Made by a program: the position numbers and the translations under genes. A stretch of 61,046 nucleotides of DNA from an uncultured Candidatus Saccharibacteria bacterium (GTDB lineage: Bacteria > Patescibacteriota > Minisyncoccia > UBA6257 > GWB1-50-10): assembly GCA_964495575.1 (NCBI GenBank), contig CAZBVS010000001.1, positions 1 to 61,046 of the forward strand, written 5' to 3'. The first letter of the stretch is position 1, and each line of letters starts with the position of its first letter. A model generated the notes under the pieces. That model was not told the origin of the DNA. It ran no database searches and was given only the letters and a program-made list of their open reading frames with translations. Positions 8,758-18,465 of the stretch are shown here, in pieces.

Positions 8758-10518
8758 CTAATCATTTAATAATCCGTTACAACTTGATAATTTTAAATCT
8801 ATAGTCTCTTCCCTTTCTTCTACCCGAGCTTTTATTGTTTCAACATCCGAAGATATATTTCTTACCTCTTCTATCAAATCATAGAAATCACTTTGATATT
8901 TTTGTAATCTAAATGACTCTCCACTTTCTATAGTGGAGGTAACGTGTGAAACGTCGTAATCGTACCTGTTATCTATTTCTACTAATACTGAATTCCAGTC
9001 ATTCATATATAAATCGATAGAGTTAAATTTATTCCTAATCAAGGCTTTATCACTCTCTATGTTACTAAGGTATAACTCGGCCTTTTCTAATTTACTTTCC
9101 GCAGCAATTATTTCTTCTGAAGAAGCTTCCCCATCATTTTCTAAGCTCTCTAAAACCTCCTCTCTACATGATATCAATCCTTCTGTGGTAGTGGTCATAG
9201 AAAACGCTTCTTCGTTAACCTCTTTTGCTTCATGGAGGGTAGTGCTGGCAGAGGTTAGACTGATGCTGTCATTGCTATAATTTGCATGTTTAGTTTCTAG
9301 CTCACTCCGTAATTCTTGAAGATTTTCTACTTTTTGGTCTACAAAATCTTCTGTAGAGGTTGTGTTTATTAAATCCCTGTTTCTTTCAAAGTCATCAATT
9401 GCCCCCTCTAATTTTTCTGTTTGTTCCTCCTTAGCCATCTTATCTTTCAAGGCACCCTTTACTTCATCTGCAGCATTAGCAGCAGATTTTGCTGCATAAC
9501 AAGCAGCTCTTTCTCCTCCTTCTAGCTCACTACACTTTGCACTTTTATCCCCACTGGTTAGGTAGGTTAATCCATTTACTGTCTCTCTTGTTAACCTATT
9601 TATCCCTGCATTTATGATGGCGGCAATATAAGAACCGACCCCTTCTGTATTAAGTAAGGCATCTATATCAGATCCGAGAGCTTTAGTTGTAATTGATTTA
9701 GAAATTTGACTTGGGGTTACAATCTCAGTATTAGAACATTTCCAGTCTGATCCCAGTGGTGAATCCTCTCTTCCGTTCCATGAGTAACCATCAGGTGTTT
9801 CTGTGTAATTAAACTCTTCATGACCGGAAGTCACAGAAAAACCTTGATTATAAGTTTCATTTCCTGATGCTACCGCTCCATCATTTTTAGCAACCCATTC
9901 CGTACAACGTTTTGAGTTTAAGAAGCCTCCCGAATTTGAAACCTCTAGCTTACTTACGGTCTCTTTCTCTTCCTGTTTATTCATTACCTCTTGCTGAGTT
10001 AAAAATTTTATTCCCTGAGGGTTGTTTTGAGGTTTTAAGCTTTCTTGATAAGCTATCCACCCACCGTCTTGAAAGTTATCACCGAAAGCTTCTATATTTT
10101 CTACAATATCATCAAGAGTACACTGGACTCTCTCTCTAAAAACAGGCTGTTGCATATCAAACTTTAATTGAAATCTTAGGTCTTCATAACACAACTCTGA
10201 AGCTCCTAACTCTATAGCGGTATCTCCCACTGCTGCCTGAAACGAGTCTTCTAAAACACCGTCGAAGTTTTTAATAAATTTTGGGTCTCCATTGCCTTGA
10301 ATATACTCTATAATTCTATTGGTAGCCATGCTTAATAAGCGGTGTTTTAATGTCTGTAAAATAGTTTGAAGTACATTATCTACAATCCACGTACCTACTT
10401 CAGCTAGATCAATATTGAGATCAACTATCCCTAAAACAGCGTGAGCTCTTAGTGGATAAACCATTCCACTAAAAAGTATTAAAACTAAAAATAAAATTGA
10501 TATATTGGTTTTAAACAT
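8758..10518 (-). CDS. secreted hypothetical protein with Cys-containing N-domain and acidic coiled-coil C-terminal half
   Basis: Signal peptide MFKTNISILFLVLILFSGMVYPLRAHA. The C-terminal half is heptad-like and E/S/L-rich. Overlaps the upstream gene by 1 nt. Confidence 0.6.
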   Translation of the reverse strand: MFKTNISILFLVLILFSGMVYPLRAHAVLGIVDLNIDLAEVGTWIVDNVLQTILQTLKHRLLSMATNRIIEYIQGNGDPKFIKNFDGVLEDSFQAAVGDTAIELGASELCYEDLRFQLKFDMQQPVFRERVQCTLDDIVENIEAFGDNFQDGGWIAYQESLKPQNNPQGIKFLTQQEVMNKQEEKETVSKLEVSNSGGFLNSKRCTEWVAKNDGAVASGNETYNQGFSVTSGHEEFNYTETPDGYSWNGREDSPLGSDWKCSNTEIVTPSQISKSITTKALGSDIDALLNTEGVGSYIAAIINAGINRLTRETVNGLTYLTSGDKSAKCSELEGGERAACYAAKSAANAADEVKGALKDKMAKEEQTEKLEGAIDDFERNRDLINTTSTEDFVDQKVENLQELRSELETKHANYSNDSISLTSASTTLHEAKEVNEEAFSMTTTTEGLISCREEVLESLENDGEASSEEIIAAESKLEKAELYLSNIESDKALIRNKFNSIDLYMNDWNSVLVEIDNRYDYDVSHVTSTIESGESFRLQKYQSDFYDLIEEVRNISSDVETIKARVEEREETIDLKLSSCNGLLND

Positions 10519-11321
10519 TAAGTCTGTACATTATTTTTTAATTCCTCATATCTTTCGTTGATAATAGAGTGTAATTTACCACTTTCCTGAAGTATTATAG
10601 GTAAGTCTTGTATAGCTAGGTAAGCTTTCAAGGGATCATCCTCTCTATTTTTCATTGTTTTGTACATAGTCAATTTTTTTTGCCAAAGATTTAACATTTG
10701 AAGATGGTAGCTTGCCCAGTTTTCTGGAACCTCTATTTTTAATAAATCATCTATATGCTGGGGGACTGTATTAATAAATTTATCTAGTATTTCAGAATTA
10801 TTATCTTCTAGAAAACCTCTTAAAGCAGAAACTGAATTTTCGTTTTTTAATTCTTCAAAATTATTCCATAGAGTTTGATCTAGTTCTTCTATATATTCTA
10901 TTTCTCTTTCATCTGAAGTATTATCAACAACTTTTATATCCTTTTCTTTAAACTGAGGGTAATCAACCGTCTTATCTATATTTTCCAACCCTTCGATAGC
11001 GTTTTCTTGAGACTCAATTCCTCCACCCTCATCAACACTTTCTAATAATTTTATTGCATAAGAATCTACAAACCCCTTTGTTAAATTATCATTATCTTCA
11101 TCCCCTTCTTCGTTCTGGTCGTCTGTGTTTTTTTCAGGTAACCTTAAAAAGGAGCCATCATTTCCCTGCTTATAGCTGAGACTGGCATTTTGATCCTCCG
11201 GGTTAAAATTTTTATCCGGATCACCACTTTTTTTACTCTGATTATCTGATAATAAACCAACACTAATTACCACACCCAATAATAAAATTATTAGACCAAG
11301 TGTTTTTCTTGTGTTTAACAT
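10518..11321 (-). CDS. membrane-anchored hypothetical protein; first gene of the T4SS-like operon
   Basis: N-terminal anchor LGLIILLLGVVISVGLL followed by an acidic soluble domain. Preceded by an AT-rich divergent intergenic region. Confidence 0.55.
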   Translation of the reverse strand: MLNTRKTLGLIILLLGVVISVGLLSDNQSKKSGDPDKNFNPEDQNASLSYKQGNDGSFLRLPEKNTDDQNEEGDEDNDNLTKGFVDSYAIKLLESVDEGGGIESQENAIEGLENIDKTVDYPQFKEKDIKVVDNTSDEREIEYIEELDQTLWNNFEELKNENSVSALRGFLEDNNSEILDKFINTVPQHIDDLLKIEVPENWASYHLQMLNLWQKKLTMYKTMKNREDDPLKAYLAIQDLPIILQESGKLHSIINERYEELKNNVQT

Positions 11322-11389
11322 AAAATTTATTTGATTTATTATTATTATACATTATTTATATAGTATTTTTAATCAACACCATTATTTTT

Positions 11390-12031
11390 ATGAAGGCTTT
11401 AAATAAAATAGTGAGCTCAAAAACAGGGTTAATTTTATTAACCATTTTTTTAACTATTTTCAGTTCTATAAAAATTTATCCTGATAGCTTAATATTATCT
11501 AACATATTTTCAACCTTGTTAGCCCTTCTATTCTTTTTATTTGTTCCTGTTTTAATAATCAAAAAGGTGCTTAAAAAAGATTTATTAAGTTTTGGCTTTA
11601 ATTTTCCTAAAAAAACAAAAAAAGCCATTTTTTTGATTTTAATTTTCTTTTTAATATTCATCCCTATTCTTTTTTACTTAAGTAATCAGCTTAATTTTCA
11701 ATCTTATTATCTCAACCAACGAGGATTAAGTGCTGACAACTTTCTTATCTTAGGTGTTATTTTATCAGCAATATACTTTTTTTCTGAAGAATTTTTGTTT
11801 AGAGGCTTTCTTTTCTTCTTTTTATATAAAAAAATAGGCCCCCATACTTTTTGGGTGTTAAGCTTATTATTTGCCTTTCTGCATATAACCAAACCTATTC
11901 CTGAAATAATCGTTTCATTTTTTATAAGTATTACTTTGTGTTATTTATCATATAAAACCAAATCATTTCTACCGGCTTTTATCCTCCATTTTCTAATGGC
12001 TGTATTTACAAACTTTCTAATTCTTTTTTAA
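11390..12031 (+). CDS. CPBP-family (CAAX/Abi) intramembrane glutamic endopeptidase
   Basis: Polytopic protein with the motifs SEEFLFRGFLF (EExxxR), FAFLH and ILHFLMAVFTN. Confidence 0.75.
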   Translation: MKALNKIVSSKTGLILLTIFLTIFSSIKIYPDSLILSNIFSTLLALLFFLFVPVLIIKKVLKKDLLSFGFNFPKKTKKAIFLILIFFLIFIPILFYLSNQLNFQSYYLNQRGLSADNFLILGVILSAIYFFSEEFLFRGFLFFFLYKKIGPHTFWVLSLLFAFLHITKPIPEIIVSFFISITLCYLSYKTKSFLPAFILHFLMAVFTNFLILF

Positions 12032-12770
12032 TTTTTTTAATATCTCCAACATCAAGTCGCTGAGGCCTTATTTTTTTTGAGGCTCCTATTCTCTCTAAAA
12101 TTTGAGAGATTTTATCTTTATCTACCCCCAAACTAATATTTAAATTGTTCAAAACTGTTTTCCGCGGATGCTTAAAGATTACTCTCATGGTCTTATAGTA
12201 ACCGTCATCAACTGTATCTTTAAAAGGAATAATCTCTATTACCGCACTATCAACCTTAGGAACAGGCTTGAAACATTTTTTAGGGATGTAATCAACAATA
12301 TTAATTTTTCCCCAGACCTGAACACTAGCCGCGAGCCTATTCATCTTAGGTGGTCTAGAGGTAACTCTTTGAGCTACCTCTTTTTGAATAGTTAAAACTA
12401 TTTTTTCAGGTTTATTTTTTAACCCGCCTAAAACTCTAAATAGTTGACCGGTTATGTAATAAGGGATGTTTCCTATCACCTTGTACTCTCCTATTCTATC
12501 TGTAAGATTGGGCAAAATCTTTAATACATCCCCTTCCTTTATTTTTACATCCCCTTTAAAATCCTCTTCTAATTTTTTTGCTAGTTTTTTATCTTTCTCT
12601 ATCCCCACCAACTCAATACTTTCATCAACTGATATTAATTCCTTAGTCAAAGCCCCTTTTCCGGGTCCAATCTCAATAACGAAACCACCTTCAGATATCT
12701 CCAAGGCTTTTATAATAATCTCAACTTTATTTTTATCCTTTAAAAAATGTTGTCCTAAATATTTGCTCAT
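12006..12770 (-). CDS. rsmA: 16S rRNA (adenine1518/1519-N6)-dimethyltransferase RsmA/KsgA
   Basis: LGQHFLKDKNKVEIIIKAL...VIEIGPGKGALTKEL SAM-binding motif and NIPYYITG. Confidence 0.9.
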   Translation of the reverse strand: MSKYLGQHFLKDKNKVEIIIKALEISEGGFVIEIGPGKGALTKELISVDESIELVGIEKDKKLAKKLEEDFKGDVKIKEGDVLKILPNLTDRIGEYKVIGNIPYYITGQLFRVLGGLKNKPEKIVLTIQKEVAQRVTSRPPKMNRLAASVQVWGKINIVDYIPKKCFKPVPKVDSAVIEIIPFKDTVDDGYYKTMRVIFKHPRKTVLNNLNISLGVDKDKISQILERIGASKKIRPQRLDVGDIKKIKKELESL

Positions 12771-12806
12771 ATCCTAATTGTATCGTATTATTCAACTGTT
12801 ACATAA

Positions 12807-12879
12807 CTCCCCATAGTTTAACGGGATAAAACAGAGGATTCCTAATCCTCCGATCTGGGTTCAAGTCCTGGTGGGGAGA
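12807..12879 (+). tRNA. tRNA-Arg(CCT)
   Basis: Hand-folded cloverleaf of 73 nt: acceptor ctcccca/tggggag, D stem gttt/aaac, anticodon stem gagga/tcctc with loop ttCCTaa, T loop ttcaagt. Confidence 0.85.
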
Positions 12880-12887
12880 CAAAAAAG

Positions 12888-12970
12888 GGAGGGGTCGGAT
12901 AACGGCTATTCCACCACACTCGAAATGTGGCGCCCTTACGGGCTTGTGGGTTCAAATCCCACCCCCTCCG
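12888..12970 (+). tRNA. tRNA-Ser(CGA), type II with long variable arm
   Basis: Acceptor ggagggg/cccctcc, anticodon stem ccaca/tgtgg with loop ctCGAaa, variable arm cgcccttacgggc, T arm gtggg-ttcaaat-cccac. Confidence 0.85.
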
Positions 12971-12993
12971 CAAACTTTGGTATAATAAAAGTA

Positions 12994-13998
12994 ATGAACA
13001 TTTTTAATAAAGAAAACCAAATCACTAAGATTATCAACAAGGTTATGCCCGCCGTGGTTTCCGTAGTTGTTTCTGAAAACAACCATGAGGACAAGGTTTT
13101 TAACCTAAACGACCTCCCTTTAAAAAATAATGACGAAAATGACAGTGGAGGCTCAGGCTTTATTGTGAAAAAAGACGGCATAATCTTAACTAACCGGCAC
13201 GTGGTCACCAAAAACTCAGATTACCACGTTATCTTAAGCTCCGGTAAAAAACATAAAGCAGAAATTCTCGCTCGTGACCCTCTAAACGACCTAGCTTTGC
13301 TTAAAATAAAATCTGAAAAAGAACTCCCCACTATTCCACTAGGTGATTCAACTAATACGCAACTTGGACAAAAAGTATTAGCGCTAGGTAATATTATGGG
13401 ACTTTTCAAAAACACTGTCTCCCAAGGAATCATCTCTGGTCTTTCCCGATCGATCACCGCTCAAATAGAAAAAGATTCTGAGCCATCAGAGATGCGAGGT
13501 CTTATCCAAACAGATGCTGCAATTAATCCTGGTAACTCTGGCGGCCCCTTAATTAACATGTCAGGAGAAGCTATTGGCATCAATGTAGCTATGATTGCCG
13601 GCTTAGAAAACGTTGGTTTTGCTCTTCCCGTAAACATAGTTAAGAAAGACTTAAGGGAGATTCATGAATCAGGCCACATCACTAAACCATTCCTAGGAGT
13701 AAGATACTTAACAATAAACAAAGATTTAAGTAAAAAAATAAATCTCCCCGTTGATTACGGCGCTTTAGTTATCAAGGGTCACTCATTTGATAAAGCAGTA
13801 ATAAAAAACAGCCCTGCTGATAAAGCAGGTATAAAGAATAAGGATATAATCCTTGAATGGAATGGTCAGAAAATAACCTCAGAAAATAATATAAAAGATC
13901 ACCTTTCAAACTCTGAGGTGGGTGACAAGATAAACCTTAAAGTTCTAAGGGATAATCAAAAGATTGAGACCTCGCTTAAATTGACTGAGAGAAAATAA
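12994..13998 (+). CDS. HtrA/DegP-family trypsin-like serine protease with PDZ domain
   Basis: Catalytic His (LTNRHVV), Asp (DLALLKI) and Ser (GNSGGPLIN), plus a C-terminal PDZ-like region. Start moved to ATG 12994 because the ORF-track start at 12871 runs through two tRNA genes. A tataat box lies at 12981-12986. Confidence 0.85.
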   Translation: MNIFNKENQITKIINKVMPAVVSVVVSENNHEDKVFNLNDLPLKNNDENDSGGSGFIVKKDGIILTNRHVVTKNSDYHVILSSGKKHKAEILARDPLNDLALLKIKSEKELPTIPLGDSTNTQLGQKVLALGNIMGLFKNTVSQGIISGLSRSITAQIEKDSEPSEMRGLIQTDAAINPGNSGGPLINMSGEAIGINVAMIAGLENVGFALPVNIVKKDLREIHESGHITKPFLGVRYLTINKDLSKKINLPVDYGALVIKGHSFDKAVIKNSPADKAGIKNKDIILEWNGQKITSENNIKDHLSNSEVGDKINLKVLRDNQKIETSLKLTERK

Positions 13999-14000
13999 AC

Positions 14001-16445
14001 TTAAACAACAAAATTAATAAGTTTATTTTCTACAAAAACCACCCTTTTTATATCTTTGCCTCCAACATATTTTGATACTTTTCTTAAGTTTAAGGCTAAC
14101 TCTTTAGCCTTTTCTTTTTTAATTCCCTTTTCTGCCTCTAGTGTACCTCTTACTTTTCCATTAACCTGAACAACAAGATTAAACTTTTCTTCTTTTGCAA
14201 TATCAGAATCAAATTCAGGCCAACTGCTTTTATGAATTGAAGAGCTATTACCCAGCCTATTCCACAGTTCTTCTGTTACATGAGGAGCAAACGGAGCCAG
14301 CATTTTTATAAATATCTCTGATGTTTCCCGTGAAACATCAGTGTCTTCTATCTTGTTTAATAACTTCATCAAAGCACTGATTGCAGTATTATACTTCAAA
14401 CTTTCTATATCCTCTGTTACTTTCTTGATTGTTTGGTGAAGAATCTTTTTAGTTTCTTCACTATCCTTTCCATCTTTATGGTCATCAAACTTTTTCCATA
14501 CTCTGTCCAAAAACCTTGTAATTCCTTTTACTCCAGAATCTCTAAAGTCTCCTCCGTCCTCAAAAGGAGCTAAGAACATTAAATATGTTCTTAAAACATC
14601 AGCTCCATAGTTATTGATATAATCATCGGGGTTTACAACATTTCCCTTAGACTTACTCATCTTCGATCCTTCTTTTATTAATAATCCATGAGCCCTGAAC
14701 TTTGTGAAAGGTTCATCAAAATCAATATACCCCCAATCATTAAATGTCTTCGTCACAAAACGAGTGTATAAAAGGTGTAATACTGCGTGCTCTGCCCCCC
14801 CAATATACATATCCACCGGGAGCCATTTTTTAATCCTCTCTTTATCTAAAGCCTCCTCTTTATTATCCAAACCAATGTATCTGAAATAATACCAAGCTGA
14901 ATCTAAAAAGTTATCCGACACATCAGTTTCTCTTCTTGCTTCCTTCCCACACTTTGGACAGGCTGTTTTGTAAAAATCCTCATGTTGTTCTAAAGGAGCT
15001 TTTGAGGTTCCTGTAGGTTTAAAATCTTCTATGTAAGGAAGTTTCACCGGAAGCTCTTCTTCAGGTACCGCAAACCATCCTGGGTTTGCTTTTTCTCCTT
15101 TTGTTAGCTTGCCCTCAAACTCACCCTCCTCAATTTTTTTCTTACAAGACTCACAGAACACAAGAGGAATAGGTGGCCCCCAGTATCTTTGTCGTGAAAT
15201 GAGCCAGTCTCTTAATCTATAGTTTGTTTCCATTCTTCCCGCAACTTTTTTAGTAATCTTCTTTCTTGCTTCCTCCGATGGAACACCATTCATCTCCCCG
15301 GAGTTTATTAAAACTCCTTCTCCTTCGTATAATTCTTCTCCTTCCTCTTCTTTAGGTTTAATAACCTCAACCACAGGAATATCATGTTCTTTAGCAAACT
15401 CATAGTCACGTTCATCATGAGCAGGCACAGCCATAATAGCCCCTGTCCCGTATGATGAAAGAACATAGTCTGCTATATATATTGGTATTTCTTTATCGTT
15501 AACCGGATTAACAGCTTTTACTCCTTTAATTAAAACCCCCGTCTTTCCTTTCTCTTCTGCCACCCGTTCCTGCTCTGTTTTTCTTTTTGCTTCTTCTACA
15601 TACCTCTCAATATCTGAAACGTTTTCCGCCTTGTTCTTTAACTTTTTCACCAAATCATGTTCAGGAGCTAAGACCATATATGTTGCCCCATACAAAGTGT
15701 CAGGCCGGGTTGTAAACACCTCTATCTTTTCATCAAAATCTTTAATATTAAACTCAATACTTGCCCCATAGCTTCTTCCTATCCAGTTTTCTTGAGCGAT
15801 CTTTACTTTCTCTGACCAATCAATGTCTTCCAAGCTGTCTAATAATTCATCGGCATAATCTGTTATTTTGAAAAACCATTGAGAAAGTTTTTTTCTCTCA
15901 ATTTTTGAGTCACACCTCTCACATTCTCCTGAGATAACTTGTTCATCGGCCAACACGGTCTTACAGCTTGGACACCAGTTTACAGGTGACTCCTTCTTAT
16001 ATGCCAAGCCATGATCAAACATCTCTTTGAAAACCCACTGGGTCCACCTGTAATATTCTGGATCAAACGTTTCTAATCTTTCGTCCCAGGAAAATCCGTT
16101 TCCAATCATCTTTAACTGTTCGTAGAAATGTTTTTCTGATTTCTCTATCTGATCTTTCGGGTGGGTTCCAACCTTCATTGCATAATTTTCTGAATGAATT
16201 CCAAACCCATCAAGACCGATAGGTTCAAAGACATCCTTTCCTCTCATTCTTTGATATCTTCCATATATATCAGAACCCGTAAAAGCATACATATTCCCCA
16301 CATGAAGTCCTTCTGCAGAAGGGTAAGGGAACATCATTAAGTTATAGAATGGTTCATCAGAATTATCTAAATCTGGTTCATATATTCCATCTTTATACCA
16401 TCTCTCCTGCCATTTATTTTCAATTTCTTTAAAGTTGTATTCCAT
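14001..16445 (-). CDS. leuS: leucine--tRNA ligase
   Basis: HVGN (HIGH) and KMSKSKGN motifs, CP1 editing-domain length, characteristic N-terminus IENKWQERW. Confidence 0.95.
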   Translation of the reverse strand: MEYNFKEIENKWQERWYKDGIYEPDLDNSDEPFYNLMMFPYPSAEGLHVGNMYAFTGSDIYGRYQRMRGKDVFEPIGLDGFGIHSENYAMKVGTHPKDQIEKSEKHFYEQLKMIGNGFSWDERLETFDPEYYRWTQWVFKEMFDHGLAYKKESPVNWCPSCKTVLADEQVISGECERCDSKIERKKLSQWFFKITDYADELLDSLEDIDWSEKVKIAQENWIGRSYGASIEFNIKDFDEKIEVFTTRPDTLYGATYMVLAPEHDLVKKLKNKAENVSDIERYVEEAKRKTEQERVAEEKGKTGVLIKGVKAVNPVNDKEIPIYIADYVLSSYGTGAIMAVPAHDERDYEFAKEHDIPVVEVIKPKEEEGEELYEGEGVLINSGEMNGVPSEEARKKITKKVAGRMETNYRLRDWLISRQRYWGPPIPLVFCESCKKKIEEGEFEGKLTKGEKANPGWFAVPEEELPVKLPYIEDFKPTGTSKAPLEQHEDFYKTACPKCGKEARRETDVSDNFLDSAWYYFRYIGLDNKEEALDKERIKKWLPVDMYIGGAEHAVLHLLYTRFVTKTFNDWGYIDFDEPFTKFRAHGLLIKEGSKMSKSKGNVVNPDDYINNYGADVLRTYLMFLAPFEDGGDFRDSGVKGITRFLDRVWKKFDDHKDGKDSEETKKILHQTIKKVTEDIESLKYNTAISALMKLLNKIEDTDVSRETSEIFIKMLAPFAPHVTEELWNRLGNSSSIHKSSWPEFDSDIAKEEKFNLVVQVNGKVRGTLEAEKGIKKEKAKELALNLRKVSKYVGGKDIKRVVFVENKLINFVV

Positions 16446-16535
16446 AATTTTGTATATAAAGTTTATTACTCATTAATACTTAGTATTCATTATTATAAAA
16501 ACAGTATCAACCCTTTCCCTCACTTTTTAATTTTA

Positions 16536-16566
16536 AAAAGGTCTCGGATAAAATCCGAGACCTTTT
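16536..16566. terminator. bidirectional intrinsic terminator-like hairpin
   Basis: ggtctcgga-taaaa-tccgagacc flanked by an A-run and a T-run, between tatD and leuS. Confidence 0.6.
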
Positions 16567-16586
16567 AGCATTATCAAATTTATGTA

Positions 16587-17429
16587 TTAAATATCAATAT
16601 TAAAAACCTTTTTATTATTCTCCAACACACACTCTTTAAGTTTATCTAAACCGACTCCTCTTAACTTACTTACTCTTTCATATACCTCCTTAACAAATCT
16701 CGGTTCATTTCTCTCTCCTCTATGAGATAACGGAGAAACATACGGGGCATCTGTTTCAAGCAGTAATTTATCAACCGGTACCATCCCCAACTGCTCATCG
16801 TAGTCTCTTGTAAAGGTTATTACCCCTCCAAACGTAAAGTAGCAGCCAAGATTAATAAACTTTTCTGCCATCTCTTGATTACCAGCAAAAAAATGTATTA
16901 CTACATCTTCTAAACCTTCTTCTTCAGATAAGATTTCATGAAGATCATGATAGGCGTCCATGGAATCTTTTGAGGGGCGACAATGAATAACTAAAGGCAT
17001 ATTAACCTCCTTAGCTAACTTAACCTGTTTTTTAAAAACTTGTCTTTGTTTATCTTTTATATTCTCTGATTTGCCTTCCAACCTGAAATAGTCTAGACCA
17101 CATTCTCCAATCCCCACCACCTTTTTAGATAAGGCTAAATTTTTATAAAAATCATAATCAAAGTCTTCCACTTCAATTTTAGCTTCCAGCTCATTTTTAT
17201 CCAAATACTTTGATTCGTAAGTATGGATAGGGTGAAGCCCGACCGTTGCATAAACGGGGTTTTCAATAAATTTATTTGCTAAAGAAACTGCCCCTTCAGA
17301 TGTTTTCTTGTTCGTTCCCCCATTTATAAAACCAACGCCTTCTTCAAGCGTTTTTTTAACAATCTCTTCTCTATCTTTCTCATATACAGCAAACTGCATA
17401 TGAGTATGTGAGTCAAAATACTCTATCAT
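16587..17429 (-). CDS. tatD: TatD-family metal-dependent hydrolase/DNase
   Basis: DSHTHM, GECGLDY, VIHCR and ETDAPY motifs. Confidence 0.85.
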   Translation of the reverse strand: MIEYFDSHTHMQFAVYEKDREEIVKKTLEEGVGFINGGTNKKTSEGAVSLANKFIENPVYATVGLHPIHTYESKYLDKNELEAKIEVEDFDYDFYKNLALSKKVVGIGECGLDYFRLEGKSENIKDKQRQVFKKQVKLAKEVNMPLVIHCRPSKDSMDAYHDLHEILSEEEGLEDVVIHFFAGNQEMAEKFINLGCYFTFGGVITFTRDYDEQLGMVPVDKLLLETDAPYVSPLSHRGERNEPRFVKEVYERVSKLRGVGLDKLKECVLENNKKVFNIDI

Positions 17430-18463
17430 ATATCAAGTTTAGACCTAGCCTGAGAAGCTTTTTGCTCTGCTAAATAATTTAATGTTTCCTGAGCTAACAA
17501 AGCTACTGGAACAGCTAAGATTATTCCTATCAACCCTGCTGCTTGGCCCCCAGCAAGTAAAGCAACTAATACAATAACTGGATGTATCTTCATTGATTTT
17601 TTAAACATAACCGGAATCAACACGTTATTTTCTAACTGTTGAACCACAAAGAAAAACACAATTACATAGATTCCTAACGTAAACGACTCCGCTACAGCAA
17701 TTAGGAAGGCTGCAATACCACTTAAAATTGGCCCAATCACCGGAGCTAACTCAAACACAGCCGCTAAAACCCCTAAAATCAAGGCGTATTTTACTCCCAT
17801 CAGCCATAAGCCTATAGTCACCACTGTTCCTACAATAACAGATAACCCTAACTGAGCTACAGCCCAAAACCTAATTTTTTCTTTAAACTTTCTAAAGACT
17901 CTCAACACTGACCCCTCGTATACCCTTGGCAACACCATCTCAATCATTCTCTCCGGGCCATGTTTTTCAGCGGAGAGGTAAAAAGCAATAATTAGGGTTG
18001 TTATTCCAAACACTAAATTATTAAACACAGTCGAGATAGTTCCGGTAATTGAGATATTGCTTGCTCTTAAGTATCCCAGTATCTGATTAAGATTACTACT
18101 CACCCCTTCAATTACAGTCTCTGGTATCCCAAACCCAAAGAAGTTAGCTACCACATCATTTATCTGAGTCAAGAATGATTGAGCCTGAGAAATAATTGGA
18201 GGAATCATAAAGTACACCACTGCAGAAAAAACAAACACTACCACAAAAAAGGTTATTAACACTCCTAATATTCTATTCACGCCTCGTTTTTCAAGCCAAC
18301 CTATTGCAGGCTCAATAGCTAAAGATATAACTATTGCGATAAACAATATCCCTATTGCCTCCTTTGCGATGTATAACAAGGCAATAATTCCAAAGAAAAC
18401 TAAAATACGCCAGAGCGTATTCCAACTTATTTCTAAATCAAATTTTTTAGATTTTTTACTCAT
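17426..18463 (-). CDS. AI-2E (PerM/UPF0118) family transporter
   Basis: Polytopic protein with the C-terminal signature QQLENNVLIPVMFKKSMKIHPVIVLVALLAGGQAAGLIGIILAVPVA. Confidence 0.75.
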   Translation of the reverse strand: MSKKSKKFDLEISWNTLWRILVFFGIIALLYIAKEAIGILFIAIVISLAIEPAIGWLEKRGVNRILGVLITFFVVVFVFSAVVYFMIPPIISQAQSFLTQINDVVANFFGFGIPETVIEGVSSNLNQILGYLRASNISITGTISTVFNNLVFGITTLIIAFYLSAEKHGPERMIEMVLPRVYEGSVLRVFRKFKEKIRFWAVAQLGLSVIVGTVVTIGLWLMGVKYALILGVLAAVFELAPVIGPILSGIAAFLIAVAESFTLGIYVIVFFFVVQQLENNVLIPVMFKKSMKIHPVIVLVALLAGGQAAGLIGIILAVPVALLAQETLNYLAEQKASQARSKLDI

Positions 18464-18465
18464 CG

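Noticed and set aside
12006-12031. 26-bp convergent overlap of the CPBP protease and rsmA 3' ends.
   Set aside because: The overlap is real but is probably just genome compaction. No hairpin or regulatory element is visible in it.
12871-12993. N-terminal 41 codons of the ORF-track HtrA ORF.
   Set aside because: This stretch overlaps tRNA-Arg(CCT) and tRNA-Ser(CGA). The in-frame ATG at 12994, preceded by tataat, gives a normal HtrA N-terminus.
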